Shown: positions 40,039 to 50,608 of the stretch, one piece after another | How positions within the stretch are numbered: the stretch's first letter is position 1 | How the letters are laid out: the number at the start of each line of letters is the position of its first letter | Source of the DNA: an uncultured delta proteobacterium | GTDB taxonomy: Bacteria > Desulfobacterota > Binatia > UBA9968 | Direction of reading: 5' to 3' | NCBI GenBank assembly: GCA_963804165.1 | Contig: CAWDPO010000024.1 | Location: 1 to 64,000 of the forward strand | DNA: 64,000 nt | The notes under the pieces: generated by a model | Told to the model about the DNA's origin: nothing | Database searches by the model: none | What the model saw: only the letters and a program-made list of their open reading frames with translations | Program-made: the position numbers and the translations under genes

Positions 40039-41063
40039 AAGGCGCGCGCTCCTCCCCGCTCGTCGCGAAACAACATCGACTGGGTTATGTCGGCGATGCG
40101 CGCCGCGCCGGTCATGGTCATGACCCGCTGCATTTCCTCGGTGAGAATTGCGAACACGCGCTCGACGCCGCGCGCGCCGAAGGCGCCTAGGCCCCATGCC
40201 ACCGGCCGGCCGACAAGAACGGCCTTGGCGCCAAGCGCGAGCGCTTTGACGATATCGCCGCCGCTGCGAATACCGCTATCGAGCAGCACGGGAACCTTGC
40301 CGCCGACGCCATCGACAACTTCGGGCAGGGCTTCCAGCGCCGCGCGATTGTAGTCGAGAATCCGCCCGCCGTGGTTGGAAACGACCAGAGCGTCGGCGCC
40401 GGCATTCACCGCCGCGCGCGCGTCGTCACTGCCCATGATGCCCTTGACCACCACGGGCAGCGATACCTGCTGTTTCATCCATTCGATATCCTTCGTCGTC
40501 GATTTGTGGCCTTTGCGCGGCTTGCCGTCTTTGGTCGAAAGCGGCACTTCGTCGCCGATTTTGACCGGGCGAACCGTGTCCATGGTGATTCCCACCGCTG
40601 CGTAGCCGAGATCCTCCGACAACTTGGCGTAGTCGGATATCTCATCTCTGCCACGGTTCATGTAAGCCATGAACACCAGCGGCGACTTATCCGCGTCGCG
40701 CCAGTCTTTCGGATTGAACTTGGCTGCTTGACTGACAAACATCATCGCGCCGGCCTGATCGGTGCCTTCGGCGACTTGCCGTTCGGCATCTTTGCCGAAA
40801 AGAATGAAGCTTCCCACCGGTGCCGTGATCGCTGGAATCGGCAGCTTGTGGCCGAACAGCTCGATCGATATATCGGGCTCGGAAACATCGTGAAAAATCT
40901 TCTGGCGAAATAGATACTGGTGGAATGCGCGCGAATTGCGGTGAAACGTCGCTTTGGTCTCCGCCGCGCCGTTGAAATGTTCCCACGCCTCCGGCGGCGA
41001 TTGTTGCCGCATGAGGGCACGCAAGTCGCGCAGGCCCATTTGTTCAAGCGGTTTTTCGATCAT
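40035..41063 (-). CDS. FMN-dependent alpha-hydroxy acid oxidase/dehydrogenase
   Basis: VVKGIM, VSNHGGR, DSGIRSGGDIVKALALGA, GRP. Confidence 0.9.
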   Translation of the reverse strand: MIEKPLEQMGLRDLRALMRQQSPPEAWEHFNGAAETKATFHRNSRAFHQYLFRQKIFHDVSEPDISIELFGHKLPIPAITAPVGSFILFGKDAERQVAEGTDQAGAMMFVSQAAKFNPKDWRDADKSPLVFMAYMNRGRDEISDYAKLSEDLGYAAVGITMDTVRPVKIGDEVPLSTKDGKPRKGHKSTTKDIEWMKQQVSLPVVVKGIMGSDDARAAVNAGADALVVSNHGGRILDYNRAALEALPEVVDGVGGKVPVLLDSGIRSGGDIVKALALGAKAVLVGRPVAWGLGAFGARGVERVFAILTEEMQRVMTMTGAARIADITQSMLFRDERGGARAL

Positions 41064-41070
41064 GAAAACC

Positions 41071-41922
41071 TCAGTTTGGAGAAACGACTTCCCAGCAGTT
41101 AGTGCCGGGATCCCGAAAACAGAACGAGGCGGTATCGTCAATTTCTTGCAGAGGAAACAGCTCGCTCACGCCGAGCTCTTTGCCCGATTCGTTGAACTCT
41201 CGATGAGCGTCCTTTACCGCGTCTTTCGAAACCACGGTCAGAGTATTGCGAAAGTTTGGCGAGAAAACCTTTGGATTCTCGCGCAGGGCGCAGACGATGT
41301 AAGTTTTCGTGCTTGGATGCTTCACGTAGATCACGTGACTGCTGAAGCGGTGCACTTCCAGGTTCAGAACCCTCGTGTAGAACTCTTTGTTGGCCTCCAA
41401 ATCGATCGCGACTAAAGTGCCGTGGGTAAACGCCTGCGGCACGTAGCCGCGCCCCGGAAAGCGTTCTTCCGGATAGATCTCTTCCCAGTGCGGCTTTTTT
41501 ACGCCGCCGAATTTTTGCGCCGCTGCCTCTTTGCGCGAAAAATCTTCGTAACATTCGATTTCCCAACCGTTGGTGCCCGGCTCGACGAAGTAGCAAGAAT
41601 AGGATCCATGGCTCCACGTCGGCTTGCCGATCGCGCCGAGCTTGTACTGCTGCTTATGCGCGGTCAGATACTCGTAGGCTTTGTCGACTTCCTCCGTCGT
41701 CATCACGCGCACGCCCCAGTGATTATGCATGGGTTTAGCGGCAGCGTCCTCCCCTGCTTCATGGAGCACCAATACCCAGGGAGAATTGGGATGTTTGAGG
41801 GTCGCTTCGTCCGGTTTTTCGGAAATTTTTTCAAACGCAAGCAACTCGGTCATCACCGCCATCGACTCCTGCAGATTGCGGCATTCCATGTGAGTCGCGG
41901 ATAGCGCGATGGGCTGAATCAT
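41071..41922 (-). CDS. Two-domain VOC (glyoxalase-like) protein
   Basis: Repeated module ending YFVEPGTNGWEI and FRDPGTNCWEV; HNHWG, FTHGT. Confidence 0.8.
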   Translation of the reverse strand: MIQPIALSATHMECRNLQESMAVMTELLAFEKISEKPDEATLKHPNSPWVLVLHEAGEDAAAKPMHNHWGVRVMTTEEVDKAYEYLTAHKQQYKLGAIGKPTWSHGSYSCYFVEPGTNGWEIECYEDFSRKEAAAQKFGGVKKPHWEEIYPEERFPGRGYVPQAFTHGTLVAIDLEANKEFYTRVLNLEVHRFSSHVIYVKHPSTKTYIVCALRENPKVFSPNFRNTLTVVSKDAVKDAHREFNESGKELGVSELFPLQEIDDTASFCFRDPGTNCWEVVSPN

Positions 41923-41999
41923 GGTGCTTCTCCTCAATTGATCGGCTGAATCCAAAGTCTAATGGCGAAATTTACAGCGGTCCGACCGGGGTGTCAAAT

Positions 42000-42109
42000 T
42001 GACTCGTTCCAGACGGGAGTCTGGAACGAGTCATCCTGAGCCAAGCGAAGGACCTGCGGCTTTTCCGATTCAGTGGAGAGGACTTCGCCCTGAGCAAAGC
42101 GAAGGGTCT
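42000..42109. repeat. Perfect 15-bp hairpin followed by two REP-like units of the GTCATCCTGAG...CGAAGGA family
   Basis: TGACTCGTTCCAGAC-GGGA-GTCTGGAACGAGTCA (42000-42033); GTCATCCTGAGCCAAGCGAAGGACCT (42030-42055); CCCTGAGCAAAGCGAAGGGTCT (42088-42109). Confidence 0.75.
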
Positions 42110-42185
42110 ATGCTTTTCGAATCCATGCTTGACACACACAGGTGTTTTACTTAAATTCGCGCAGCTTTGCGGTGAGAGGAGCGCG

Positions 42186-43214
42186 ATGACAATGAAAAAA
42201 AATCGGATCGTTGTGATTTTCGCTATCACCCTTTTCGTTCAACACCTGGCGAACGCTGCGCTCGCCCAGGAACCCTTTTACAAGGGCAAATCCATTCGCG
42301 TCGTCGTCGCCACTTCCGCCGGCGGCGGTTTCGACACCTATACCCGCACGATGACTCGGCATATGAGCAAATATATCCCGGGAAATCCCGCGTTCGTGGT
42401 CGAGAATATGCCGGGGGCCGGCCACCTGATCGGCGCCAATCATATGTACAAGGTCGCCAAGCCCGACGGCTTGACCATGGGGCATTTTCAAGGCGGGCTT
42501 TTTCTTTACCAGCTACTGGGTCGTCAGGGCATCGAGTTTGACGCCGCAAAGTTTCGTTTCATCGGCGCACCGGTGACCGACAACCGTGCCTGCGCCTTTA
42601 CCAAAACAAGCGGGATTACCAGCGTGGAACGCTGGCTGGCAGCAAAAACGCCGGTCAAGCTCGGCGGCATCGGCGGGGGAGCCACCGACGATATCCCGCG
42701 CATGTTGGCGGCAACCACCGCGTTGCCGCTGCAACTCGTCAGCGGTTACAAGGGAACGTCGGAGATTCGTCTGGCGGCTGAAAGCGGCGAGTTGGCCGGA
42801 GGGTGCTGGACCTGGGATTCGATCCGCGCCACCTGGACCAAAGCGATATCATCCGGCGACGCCGTCGTGGTATTGCAAATCCTTTCTAAGCCGCACCCGG
42901 AGCTGCCCAACGTACCGCTGGCATCCAAACTTGCCAAGAATGAGGAGGCACGCCAGCTGATTCAGGTGGGCATCGAAGAGCCTTCGGATTATTACAGGCC
43001 CTATCTCCTTCCTCCTGGAACGCCGAACGATCGCGTTGAAACGTTGCGCAAGGCCTTTCAGGAAACATTGAAAGATCCCGAGTTCCTCGCCGACGCGCAG
43101 AAAGCCAAGCTCGACATCGAACCGATCACCGGTGAGGAAATGGAAAAGATGCTCAGCAAGCTATTCAAGCTTAGCCCGCCGATCGTCGCCAAGCTGAAAG
43201 AGATTTTGAAGTAA
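42186..43214 (+). CDS. Tripartite tricarboxylate transporter substrate-binding protein (TctC/Bug-like)
   Basis: AGGGFD, VENMPGAG, KPDGLT, GYKGT, DPEFLADA. Confidence 0.88.
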   Translation: MTMKKNRIVVIFAITLFVQHLANAALAQEPFYKGKSIRVVVATSAGGGFDTYTRTMTRHMSKYIPGNPAFVVENMPGAGHLIGANHMYKVAKPDGLTMGHFQGGLFLYQLLGRQGIEFDAAKFRFIGAPVTDNRACAFTKTSGITSVERWLAAKTPVKLGGIGGGATDDIPRMLAATTALPLQLVSGYKGTSEIRLAAESGELAGGCWTWDSIRATWTKAISSGDAVVVLQILSKPHPELPNVPLASKLAKNEEARQLIQVGIEEPSDYYRPYLLPPGTPNDRVETLRKAFQETLKDPEFLADAQKAKLDIEPITGEEMEKMLSKLFKLSPPIVAKLKEILK

Positions 43215-43290
43215 GCGATCTCGTTTGATCGACCAATTTGGTTTACAGGATCGCGGCGATCACAGCAGGGAAATAAAGACGAGAAAAAGC

Positions 43291-44316
43291 ATGAGACGAA
43301 TTCGTCGTATCGGTCTTATCGTTCTGGGCCTAGTTTTCTGCGCGGGCAATTCCGGCGCCATGGCCCAAACCAATTTCTATGAAGGCAAAACCGTCCGCAT
43401 TATCGTCGGCCTTGCCCCGGGCGGCGGCTACGACGTTTACGCCAGAACGATTGCCCGCCACATGGGCAAACATATTCCCGGTCATCCGAGTCTGGTCGTC
43501 GAGAACATGACCGGAGCAGGCAGCATTATTTCAGCCAACTATCTTTTCAAGATCGCCAAGCCCGACGGCCTCACCATCGGCCATTATCTCGGCGGCATTG
43601 CGCTGCAGCAGCTACTGGGCAAATCCGGAATAGAATTCGACGCGCTCAAATTCAAATATATCGGCGTGCCGGCGCAGGACAACTTTATTATCGGCGTGCA
43701 CAAATCCACCGGCATCACCGACGTGAACGCTTGGATCGCATCCAAACAAATGATCAAGTTCGGCGGTGTCGGCGCGGGTTCCGGCGCCGACGATATTCCC
43801 AAAATGCTCGCCGCTACGATCAACTTGCCGGCGCAAGTCGTCTCCGGTTACAAAGGCACGGCGGAAACGCGCCTCGCCTTCAACAACGGCGAAGTCCAAG
43901 CCACGAGCAACTCCTGGGAATCGACCAAATCGACTTGGCGCAACGAACTCGATTCGGGCAATCTAAAGGTCGTGCTGCAAGCGACGTTCAAAGCGCATCC
44001 TGAATTGCCCAACATCCCGGTCGCTTATAACATGGTCAAGTCCGACGAAGCGAAAAAGTTAATGGCGACCGTGCTGGGCGCCAACAGTCCGACGGTCCGG
44101 CCCTTCGTAGCGCCGCCGGCGACGCCCGCTGACCGCGTGCAAATCTTGCGCAAAGCTTACTCGGACACCATGAAAGATCCGGAATTTTTGGCGGAGGCAA
44201 AAAAGGCCAGGCTCGACATCGAACCCGCCGACGGCGCCGAACTGGAACAAAACGTACGCGAAATGTTCAAGCTCGAACCCGCGCTGATCAACAAGCTGAA
44301 AGAGATTCTGAAGTAG
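43291..44316 (+). CDS. TctC/Bug-like substrate-binding protein (tandem paralogue)
   Basis: PGGGYD, VENMTGAG, KPDGLT, GYKGT, DPEFLAEA. Confidence 0.88.
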   Translation: MRRIRRIGLIVLGLVFCAGNSGAMAQTNFYEGKTVRIIVGLAPGGGYDVYARTIARHMGKHIPGHPSLVVENMTGAGSIISANYLFKIAKPDGLTIGHYLGGIALQQLLGKSGIEFDALKFKYIGVPAQDNFIIGVHKSTGITDVNAWIASKQMIKFGGVGAGSGADDIPKMLAATINLPAQVVSGYKGTAETRLAFNNGEVQATSNSWESTKSTWRNELDSGNLKVVLQATFKAHPELPNIPVAYNMVKSDEAKKLMATVLGANSPTVRPFVAPPATPADRVQILRKAYSDTMKDPEFLAEAKKARLDIEPADGAELEQNVREMFKLEPALINKLKEILK

Positions 44317-44380
44317 CGTAGCCTGAGCTACGACACATTCTTACTCTAAAGCACGCGAGAAGTGGTTCAATCCTCAGGGA

Positions 44381-44460
44381 TGTCATCCTGAGGCGAAGCC
44401 GAAGGATCTCGCCTTTGGCACACGACAAGCGGTCGAGATTCTCACTTCGTTCAGAATGAC
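44381..44460. repeat. REP doublet (REPIN-like), same family as the GIY-YIG flanks
   Basis: TGTCATCCTGAGGCGAAGCCGAAGGATCTCG, ~22-nt spacer, CGAGATTCTCACTTCGTTCAGAATGAC, between convergent genes. Confidence 0.85.
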
Positions 44461-44500
44461 GGCGGTGTCGTTCCTCGGTCGCAATGCTGCCGGATGAACC

Positions 44501-45541
44501 TCACCTCGCTTTGTTAAAAATCTCGTTGAAGCGCGCCACGGTATCGGGGTAGTTTTCGATCATCCCCTCCGGCCGCGCCGGGTAGAGCTTCAATCCTTGA
44601 GTTAGCGTCGGAGGATCGGGCAAAATATCTGGTCGCGCCGGAATTCGGCGCAAGCCGCGCAGCAAATTTTGTCCTTCCTTCGACAGCGTGAAATCGACGA
44701 ACAGTTTCGCCGCGTTGGGGTGCGGCGCTTTCTCCGGAATTCCTATGGCATTGATCGCCGTGATCGTCGGTCCTTTAAATCTCACCCAGTCGATCGGCGC
44801 GCCGCTCGCTTTCATCCGCTCCACCCGGTTCGAATAAACCACCGTCGCCAGCGCGACCTCTCCGGCCGCGACCAGCTGAGCCAGCAGTGTATGGCCTGCG
44901 CGCATCTGGAGATTTTGGCCGGCAAATTTTTTCATAAAGTCGGAGCCCTTGTCTCGACCCAAAATCTGCATCCAGTGATAAAACCACTGGTACTCTTCGG
45001 TTTCCAGAGCGATCCATCCTTTCCATTTGGGGTTTAGCAGATCTTCGTAACTCGCCGGCGCGTCCTTTGGCGCCACCAGCCGCGTGTTGTAGCCGATGAC
45101 ATAGGGAATTTGATAGAGAGCGGTCCAGTATCCCTGCGGATCTTTGAAACCGTCCCGATAACCTGCGGCTTCCTCGGAAACGTATCGCCCCAGCAGCTTG
45201 AGGTTCTTTAGCTGATAAACTTGAATGATGCTTGCCTGAAACACGTCCGCAGTGTGCGTGTTGGCGCGGTGCTCGACGAGAAAGCGCGCCTGGATTTTTT
45301 CGCCGCTGGAACGAAAGATTTCAGATTTTATGAACGGATACTTTTTCGAGAATTCGTTCGTAAAAAGTGTTGCTTCCTCAGTCTCCATGCCGGCGTAAAG
45401 AACCAGCCGGCCTTCTCTTTTCGCCCCTTCGAGGATGCGCTCGCGCTCGGCGGAGGCGCCGATGGCAAGTTGATACTGCAGCACAACCAGGGAGAACAAT
45501 AATCCACGGACGCTGTGACGCGCCCGCTGCCGACGAACCAT
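44501..45541 (-). CDS. Extracellular solute-binding protein (Fe3+/thiamine-type)
   Basis: GAKREGRLVLY, YEDLLNPKWKG, APHPNAAKLFVDFTLSKEGQ. Confidence 0.85.
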   Translation of the reverse strand: MVRRQRARHSVRGLLFSLVVLQYQLAIGASAERERILEGAKREGRLVLYAGMETEEATLFTNEFSKKYPFIKSEIFRSSGEKIQARFLVEHRANTHTADVFQASIIQVYQLKNLKLLGRYVSEEAAGYRDGFKDPQGYWTALYQIPYVIGYNTRLVAPKDAPASYEDLLNPKWKGWIALETEEYQWFYHWMQILGRDKGSDFMKKFAGQNLQMRAGHTLLAQLVAAGEVALATVVYSNRVERMKASGAPIDWVRFKGPTITAINAIGIPEKAPHPNAAKLFVDFTLSKEGQNLLRGLRRIPARPDILPDPPTLTQGLKLYPARPEGMIENYPDTVARFNEIFNKAR

Positions 45542-45634
45542 GTGGTTTTTCCTCTTTCGTTCGTTGCTGTGCCAAGCATAAACTCCGACGGCTTTGCCAT
45601 GTCAACCGGAAAATTGTCGGGAGCTCGCGAGCGA

Positions 45635-47021
45635 GGTAGCGTCAAGACTTGTGTGTAAATTTTAGGGGTAGCTGGAGCCAATTTTGATTCAAGTGATGAA
45701 ACACAGCGAAAACGATTCTTTGTAAGCTCTGGGTATGAGCCATCACACCCATCGGGCGAGTTCTTCGTCTGACTTCCCGAAACGCTCTTTCTATTAAGTT
45801 AGTGGTTCTCAATCGGCTCCACTGCTGTGAGTTCTTGATCTGAAAAAAGCTCAGGAGCTGATCGAAATCCTTCTTTAAGCAACCCACCGCTCTCGGATAA
45901 GCTTTTCTCCACCGCGCCGAGAATCGCCAGTAAGCCTGGGTCGCTTCTCGACGGTTGGCAGCATGGCTGATTCGGTTTAAAGCTTGCTTGACCGCCGGCT
46001 GATCTTTCTTTTTCACTTTGTCCAAGACGTTTCGGGTCTTATGGGCCCAGCAGCGCTGCAAAACGATCTTGGGATAGACGATCTGTAAAGCTTGATGGAG
46101 TCCCGTGCCGCCATCGGTGGCGATCAACTCACATGGGCTCCCCGTAAGTCCCCGTTTATACAGATCGGCTAAAAACGCTTCCCAGCACGCCCCCGATTCA
46201 CTGTGCGGGATAAAAATCAATCATCTCATGGCGGCCTTCCACCGTGATGCCGAAGGCACAAAGTAAGATCTTCTTTTGCACCTTGACCGCTCCTTTGCTC
46301 TTTAACACTACGCCATCGAAGAATAGATACTGATATTGATCCTTGAGCGCACGGCCGTGATAGCCACTGACCTCCTGGTCCAAATCCCGCGCGATGCGCG
46401 AAATCGTGGAGGCCGAGACCTTCTCTCCCAGCACAGGAGCCAGCACTGAGGCGGCTTTGCGCGTCGACAGCCCTAAACAAAAACAGGCCAACAACACCTT
46501 ATCGACCGAGCGGCAGCGCCGGGCATAGCGCTCAAAGAGCTTGGAAGGAAACTTTCCCCTACGGCATCTCGGCACTAAAAGCTCGATATCTCCCATCTCG
46601 GTCAACAGATGTCTTACATAGTGACCATTTCTATAATCGTGCCGATCCCTGGCATGCTCGTAGCGAGAGACTCCCAAATAATCCGCCATCTCTTGGTCCA
46701 AGCGGTTCTCCAAAAACTCCTTGAGAGCCTGGCGCGCCATCGGCTTAAAGTCTCCCTCCCATTCAAAACCGTTGATCTCCTTAATCGCGCGCGATACATT
46801 GCCGGCTGTTGCTGGCTCGAGCAGCATCGGGGTGCCCTCCTGATGTTTGTGTTGGTCGCACAACTCTGGAGTTAGCACCCCTTCTCTGTTTTCCCAATCA
46901 ACAAATGCCCTAGCTCTTACCCCTAACCATCTCCCGATCGTGCTGCTTCGGCCAAATCTGAAAGCCATTTTTCCCCATTCCCTCTCTCCCCACCCAATTT
47001 ACACACAATTCATACATCACC
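45635..47021 (-). mobile_element. IS256-family insertion sequence with 9-bp target-site duplication
   Basis: Imperfect terminal IRs GGTAGCGTCAAGACTTGTGTGTAAATT / GGTGATGTATGAATTGTGTGTAAATT; direct repeat CGCGAGCGA at 45626-45634 and 47022-47030. Confidence 0.93.
45642..46827 (-). CDS. IS256 (Mutator-family) transposase; frameshift near 46205
   Basis: RNGHY, GLSTR, YLFFDG, ATDG..GL, QRCWAHK.RN, RTTNLIER..RE..RR. Confidence 0.92.
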
Positions 47022-47037
47022 CGCGAGCGAAGTAAAC

Positions 47038-47067
47038 TTGACAACCAAGGTAGGGCTCTCTTATGGT
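47038..47067 (+). promoter_or_regulatory. Putative sigma70 promoter for amidohydrolase-ferredoxin
   Basis: TTGACA-18 nt-TATGGT just outside the IS target duplication. Confidence 0.45.
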
Positions 47068-47204
47068 TGGCAGGGAAAGCAGTTTAAAACTTTACCTGCG
47101 CTTTTGACGCTCTACGATGATGAAGTTGGACGGATAAATCTCGCGCTTTGCGGCGACTTCATGGGGTCGCGCCGTCTGGCGGTTGATTGCTCAGGGAGAA
47201 ATTC

Positions 47205-48378
47205 ATGCCTGACTTTAAACTCATCTCCGCCGACAGCCACGTCAACGAACCGCCCGCCGCTTGGGAGCGCGTGCAGAAAGAATACGGCGAGCGCGCGCCG
47301 AGAGTCGTTAAAGATCCTCCTGGCGTGCCCAAGGGCATCTGGCTGCTGATCGACGGCTTGCCGCCCGTGGGCCTGTCGCATTATTCGAAAGGTCTCGTCG
47401 TCAGCAAGAATCAGGGCATCTCCGAGGTCGAACAGGAAAAACATTTCGAAACCGTTCGTTTTAACGAGTCGTTCCGCTACGAAGATTACCCCGGTGGTTG
47501 GGAGCCCGCGGCGCGCACAAATGATCAGGACACCGACGGCATCGACGCGGAAATTCTCTTTTCTAGCGCCGTGCGCCAACTTTACAGCATCACCGACGAA
47601 CCGTTTCAGCGCGCTATTTTTCATTCCTACAACGCCTGGCTCCATGAATTTTGCAGCGTCAATCCAAAGAGATTGATCGGCCTGGCAACGCTATCGATAT
47701 TAGACATCGAACACACAGTGGCGGACATCCAGCGCTATGCCAAGCTCGGTTTTCGCGGCGTGCAAATTCCCACACGGATCAGAGACAGCGGCTACTACGA
47801 GCCGAAATACGAGCCCATCTGGGCGGCGCTAGAAGACAGCGGGATGGTCGTAAACGTGCACACGAGCGCCACCCAAGGTGTCGCCCGCACGCATTATGAA
47901 GGGCCGCGCGACATCGATCCTAAAAAACAAAGCCTCGGTTTCGCCACCAAACAAGCGCCGGCGCAGCAATTTCTCGGCAACATGATTTTATCCGGCGTCT
48001 TCGACCGCCATCCCAAGCTTAAAGTTGTCTGCGCGGAGTTCGACGTCGGTTGGGTGGCCAATCTCGTTCAGCAGGTCGACTATTGGTTCGGCCGCGACAG
48101 CACTTTCGACTCGGAGAGGAATATCAACAAGCTCCCGCCCAGCGAGTATTTCAAAAGGAATGCTTTCTTTACCTACCAAGACGACCGTGCCGGCGTGTTG
48201 ACGGCATCCGTCTACGGCGAAGACAATTTTCTCTGGGCCAGCGACTATCCGCACGGCGTGACGACGTGGCCCAACTCGAAAGCAACCGTCGACAGGAATT
48301 GCGCCGGCATTGATCCCACCGTCAAGCGCAAAATTGAACCGAGAGAATGCGGCTAAGCTTTATCGCTTGGCCGACTGA
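47205..48378 (+). CDS. Amidohydrolase family 2 protein; frameshift in the last codons
   Basis: ISADSHVNEP, YNAWL, GVFDRHPKLK, WASDYPH; alternative frame gives NAAKLYRLAD*. Confidence 0.88.
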
Positions 48379-48401
48379 TTCGAATATTCTAAGGAGACTC
48401 T

Positions 48402-48620
48402 ATGAAAATCACGATCGACCGAACCAAATGCGAAGGCTACGCCAAATGCATTCAAGCTTCGCCCAAAGTTTTCAAGCTCGACGCCAAGATGATCGCCGAA
48501 GTGATCGATTCCAACGCCGACACCGACGAAAAAATTACCCTCGCCGCGAAAATCTGCCCGACGAAAGCGATAAGCCTGGAAGAGGAAGGAACGGGCAAAA
48601 AGATTTTTCCGACTGAATAA
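48402..48620 (+). CDS. Single-cluster ferredoxin (probable 3Fe-4S)
   Basis: IDRTKCEGYAKC...P..F...ICPTKAI. Confidence 0.85.
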   Translation: MKITIDRTKCEGYAKCIQASPKVFKLDAKMIAEVIDSNADTDEKITLAAKICPTKAISLEEEGTGKKIFPTE

Positions 48621-48856
48621 GCAGGATTGCTGGAGAAAACGTCTACATTCTCACGGCTGCACGTTATCAGAACATAGCAACGAGAATTTATCCTAACGGC
48701 GTCACCTCCGAATGTTTTAATCGGTGGCAGTCCGCGACTCCGGATTCCATAGAAACAACGGGAACGCCGAACTCTGTCGGGAATCAGCTTGATGATCCAA
48801 CCATCCCCCGCCAACGGGTAATAAAGCCAAGAAGCTGCTAATATGTTCAGGATTAT

Positions 48857-49414
48857 TTAAGATTTTGCATCCTGCTTGTCTCTCACCGCCTGCATCTCCT
48901 CCAAACATCCCGCGCACATGTAGGCCGCGTGCGGCAGAAAGATCAATTCATCGGTTTCCCGCGGCTCCATGCAAATGCCGCAAAGGCGACTTTCTTTTGC
49001 CTTGGCTTTGGCCGTTTTAGTCTTGGCTTTTTCGCTGGTGTCGACCTCTTGGGCAATGATGTTCTTGCAAAGCTCGACGCATTCGTCACAGATGTGCACC
49101 GACGGCCCGGCAACGAGTTTGCGTACCTCGCTTTGATTCTTGCCGCAAAATGAACACGAAGAATGTTTGGTGTCATCGTCGACTCTCGGAACGTGAGCAT
49201 CCCAATCCTCGCCCATCGCTTTCTTAAGCGTTTCTTCGAGCGCGCTTCCGATCTGGAACAATTGCCGGGCTATTTCTCCTCTTTTCGGCGGGCTCTTGGA
49301 ATCGAGAAATTTACCGACCGACTGCTGAAACTGCCGCAGCGCCGCGCCGTATCTCTGCTCACTCACCAAATCGGCGCACTCCACAAAACCAAACTTGGAC
49401 AGGGTTTTCGCCAT
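48857..49414 (-). CDS. Stand-alone ClpX C4-type zinc-finger protein with second zinc ribbon
   Basis: [30 protein letters not shown] plus CGIC...CAGC; no AAA+ domain. Confidence 0.8.
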   Translation of the reverse strand: MAKTLSKFGFVECADLVSEQRYGAALRQFQQSVGKFLDSKSPPKRGEIARQLFQIGSALEETLKKAMGEDWDAHVPRVDDDTKHSSCSFCGKNQSEVRKLVAGPSVHICDECVELCKNIIAQEVDTSEKAKTKTAKAKAKESRLCGICMEPRETDELIFLPHAAYMCAGCLEEMQAVRDKQDAKS

Positions 49415-49728
49415 AGGCGTTTCTCCTAGTTTCCTTGTAAAAACCCAAAGCGTTGACGGTGCAAATGGAACGGCGATGAGGGTTTGAAATGAGCGCACCG
49501 CCTAAGAACCTTTTACACCCTAATGCGCACTACACTCAAACGGCGGGAATGACTAATCGGCCTGGGATTTTTTTCGGCGCCAGGAATTTTTCACAATCAA
49601 CGTCGTGAAGTGAGGATTCCTCGCCTCCATTCAACACACAACACAAGCGAGCCGAGCGAAGCCTTAGGTGTTAACTTCGTCGAATGATCACCGTTCGTTA
49701 GAGCTTAGAGACGATTACTGAAGCCGTT

Positions 49729-50546
49729 CTACACCCGCTGGACTTCCAGGTAGAGCAAACTGTGATCCGAGAAATCTTTGATCCACTGGTCCTTCGCCGC
49801 CGTGGTCGCTTGGTTTGTCCAGCCGCGCACGTCGACTTCAGCCTTGGTGTCGTCGGGGCGGGTGAACGATTTGAATTTAAGATGATTGAAGCGTAGACAT
49901 GGTCGAGATTGCTGTCGGGGATCGATGAGCCTGAGCCGTTGGACCAAGAAGCGTCGTGGATCTTAGCGAGCCTACGCATATCGTAGTATTGAGATGCCCG
50001 CATGTCCCATTTCTTGAGCTCGGTCACCACATTGATATCTCTCTGATACGGGTAATCCAAGCCCATCGTATTCAGGTCGCCGAGAAATAAGTAGTGGGCT
50101 TTGCCACCGGCCGCCGCATCGAGGGTTTTGCGAAACTTGATGGAGCGGATGGCCATGTCGTCGCGCAAACCGAAACCGCGCGGCTCATTATTGCTCGCTA
50201 GATGAAGGAAAAGAACGCAATAGGACACACCAGCAACAGTAAGGGTGACCAATAGTCCCGGTCGCATCGACGTGGTGCCCGATTTAAATTCGAGCTTTTG
50301 CGTGAAAAATGCCGAGATCGATGCGCGCACGCCGACGAGGATCTCCTGGCTTTCCTCACCTTCGGTGATTTGGAACGTGTAGCCGGGAAACTTCGCCGTA
50401 ACACTGGCGAAGATTTCTCTGCTCTCGTAAAGAGCCAATACGTCCGGATCCTGCAATGCGATATAAGCGACGACGCGATCGACGCGGCTCGCATCGTTCT
50501 TGAAATGCTCGACGTTCCATGACGCGATCGAAAAGGCTTTTGCCAT
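49729..50546 (-). CDS. Endonuclease/exonuclease/phosphatase family protein; frameshift near 49885
   Basis: IASWNVEH, DVLALYE, FLHL, LGDLNT, LDHVY, and FSDHSLL in ORF 49729..49947. Confidence 0.82.
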
Positions 50547-50608
50547 ACGGTTCTCTCATGTGACGAATGGTCTGTGCGGTGCAAACGGCCGGCAGGGCTT
50601 CGCAAGGT

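Noticed and set aside
46198-46220. Programmed frameshift or selenocysteine in the transposase
   Set aside because: IS256 transposases are single ORFs, the halves are in different frames, and the contig has many indels.
48621-49697. Possible ncRNA, tRNA or riboswitch in the longer intergenic gaps (also 19011-19265, 22508-22708, 28256-28550, 30943-31167)
   Set aside because: No cloverleaf or known riboswitch consensus was recognised by eye; an Infernal/Rfam scan would be needed.
1-50546. Many frameshifted genes read as pseudogenes or programmed frameshifts
   Set aside because: Breaks are small indels, several in homopolymers (e.g. 14645, 31477, 33973), with intact motifs on both sides and no other decay. 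Sequencing error is the simpler explanation; read polishing would decide.
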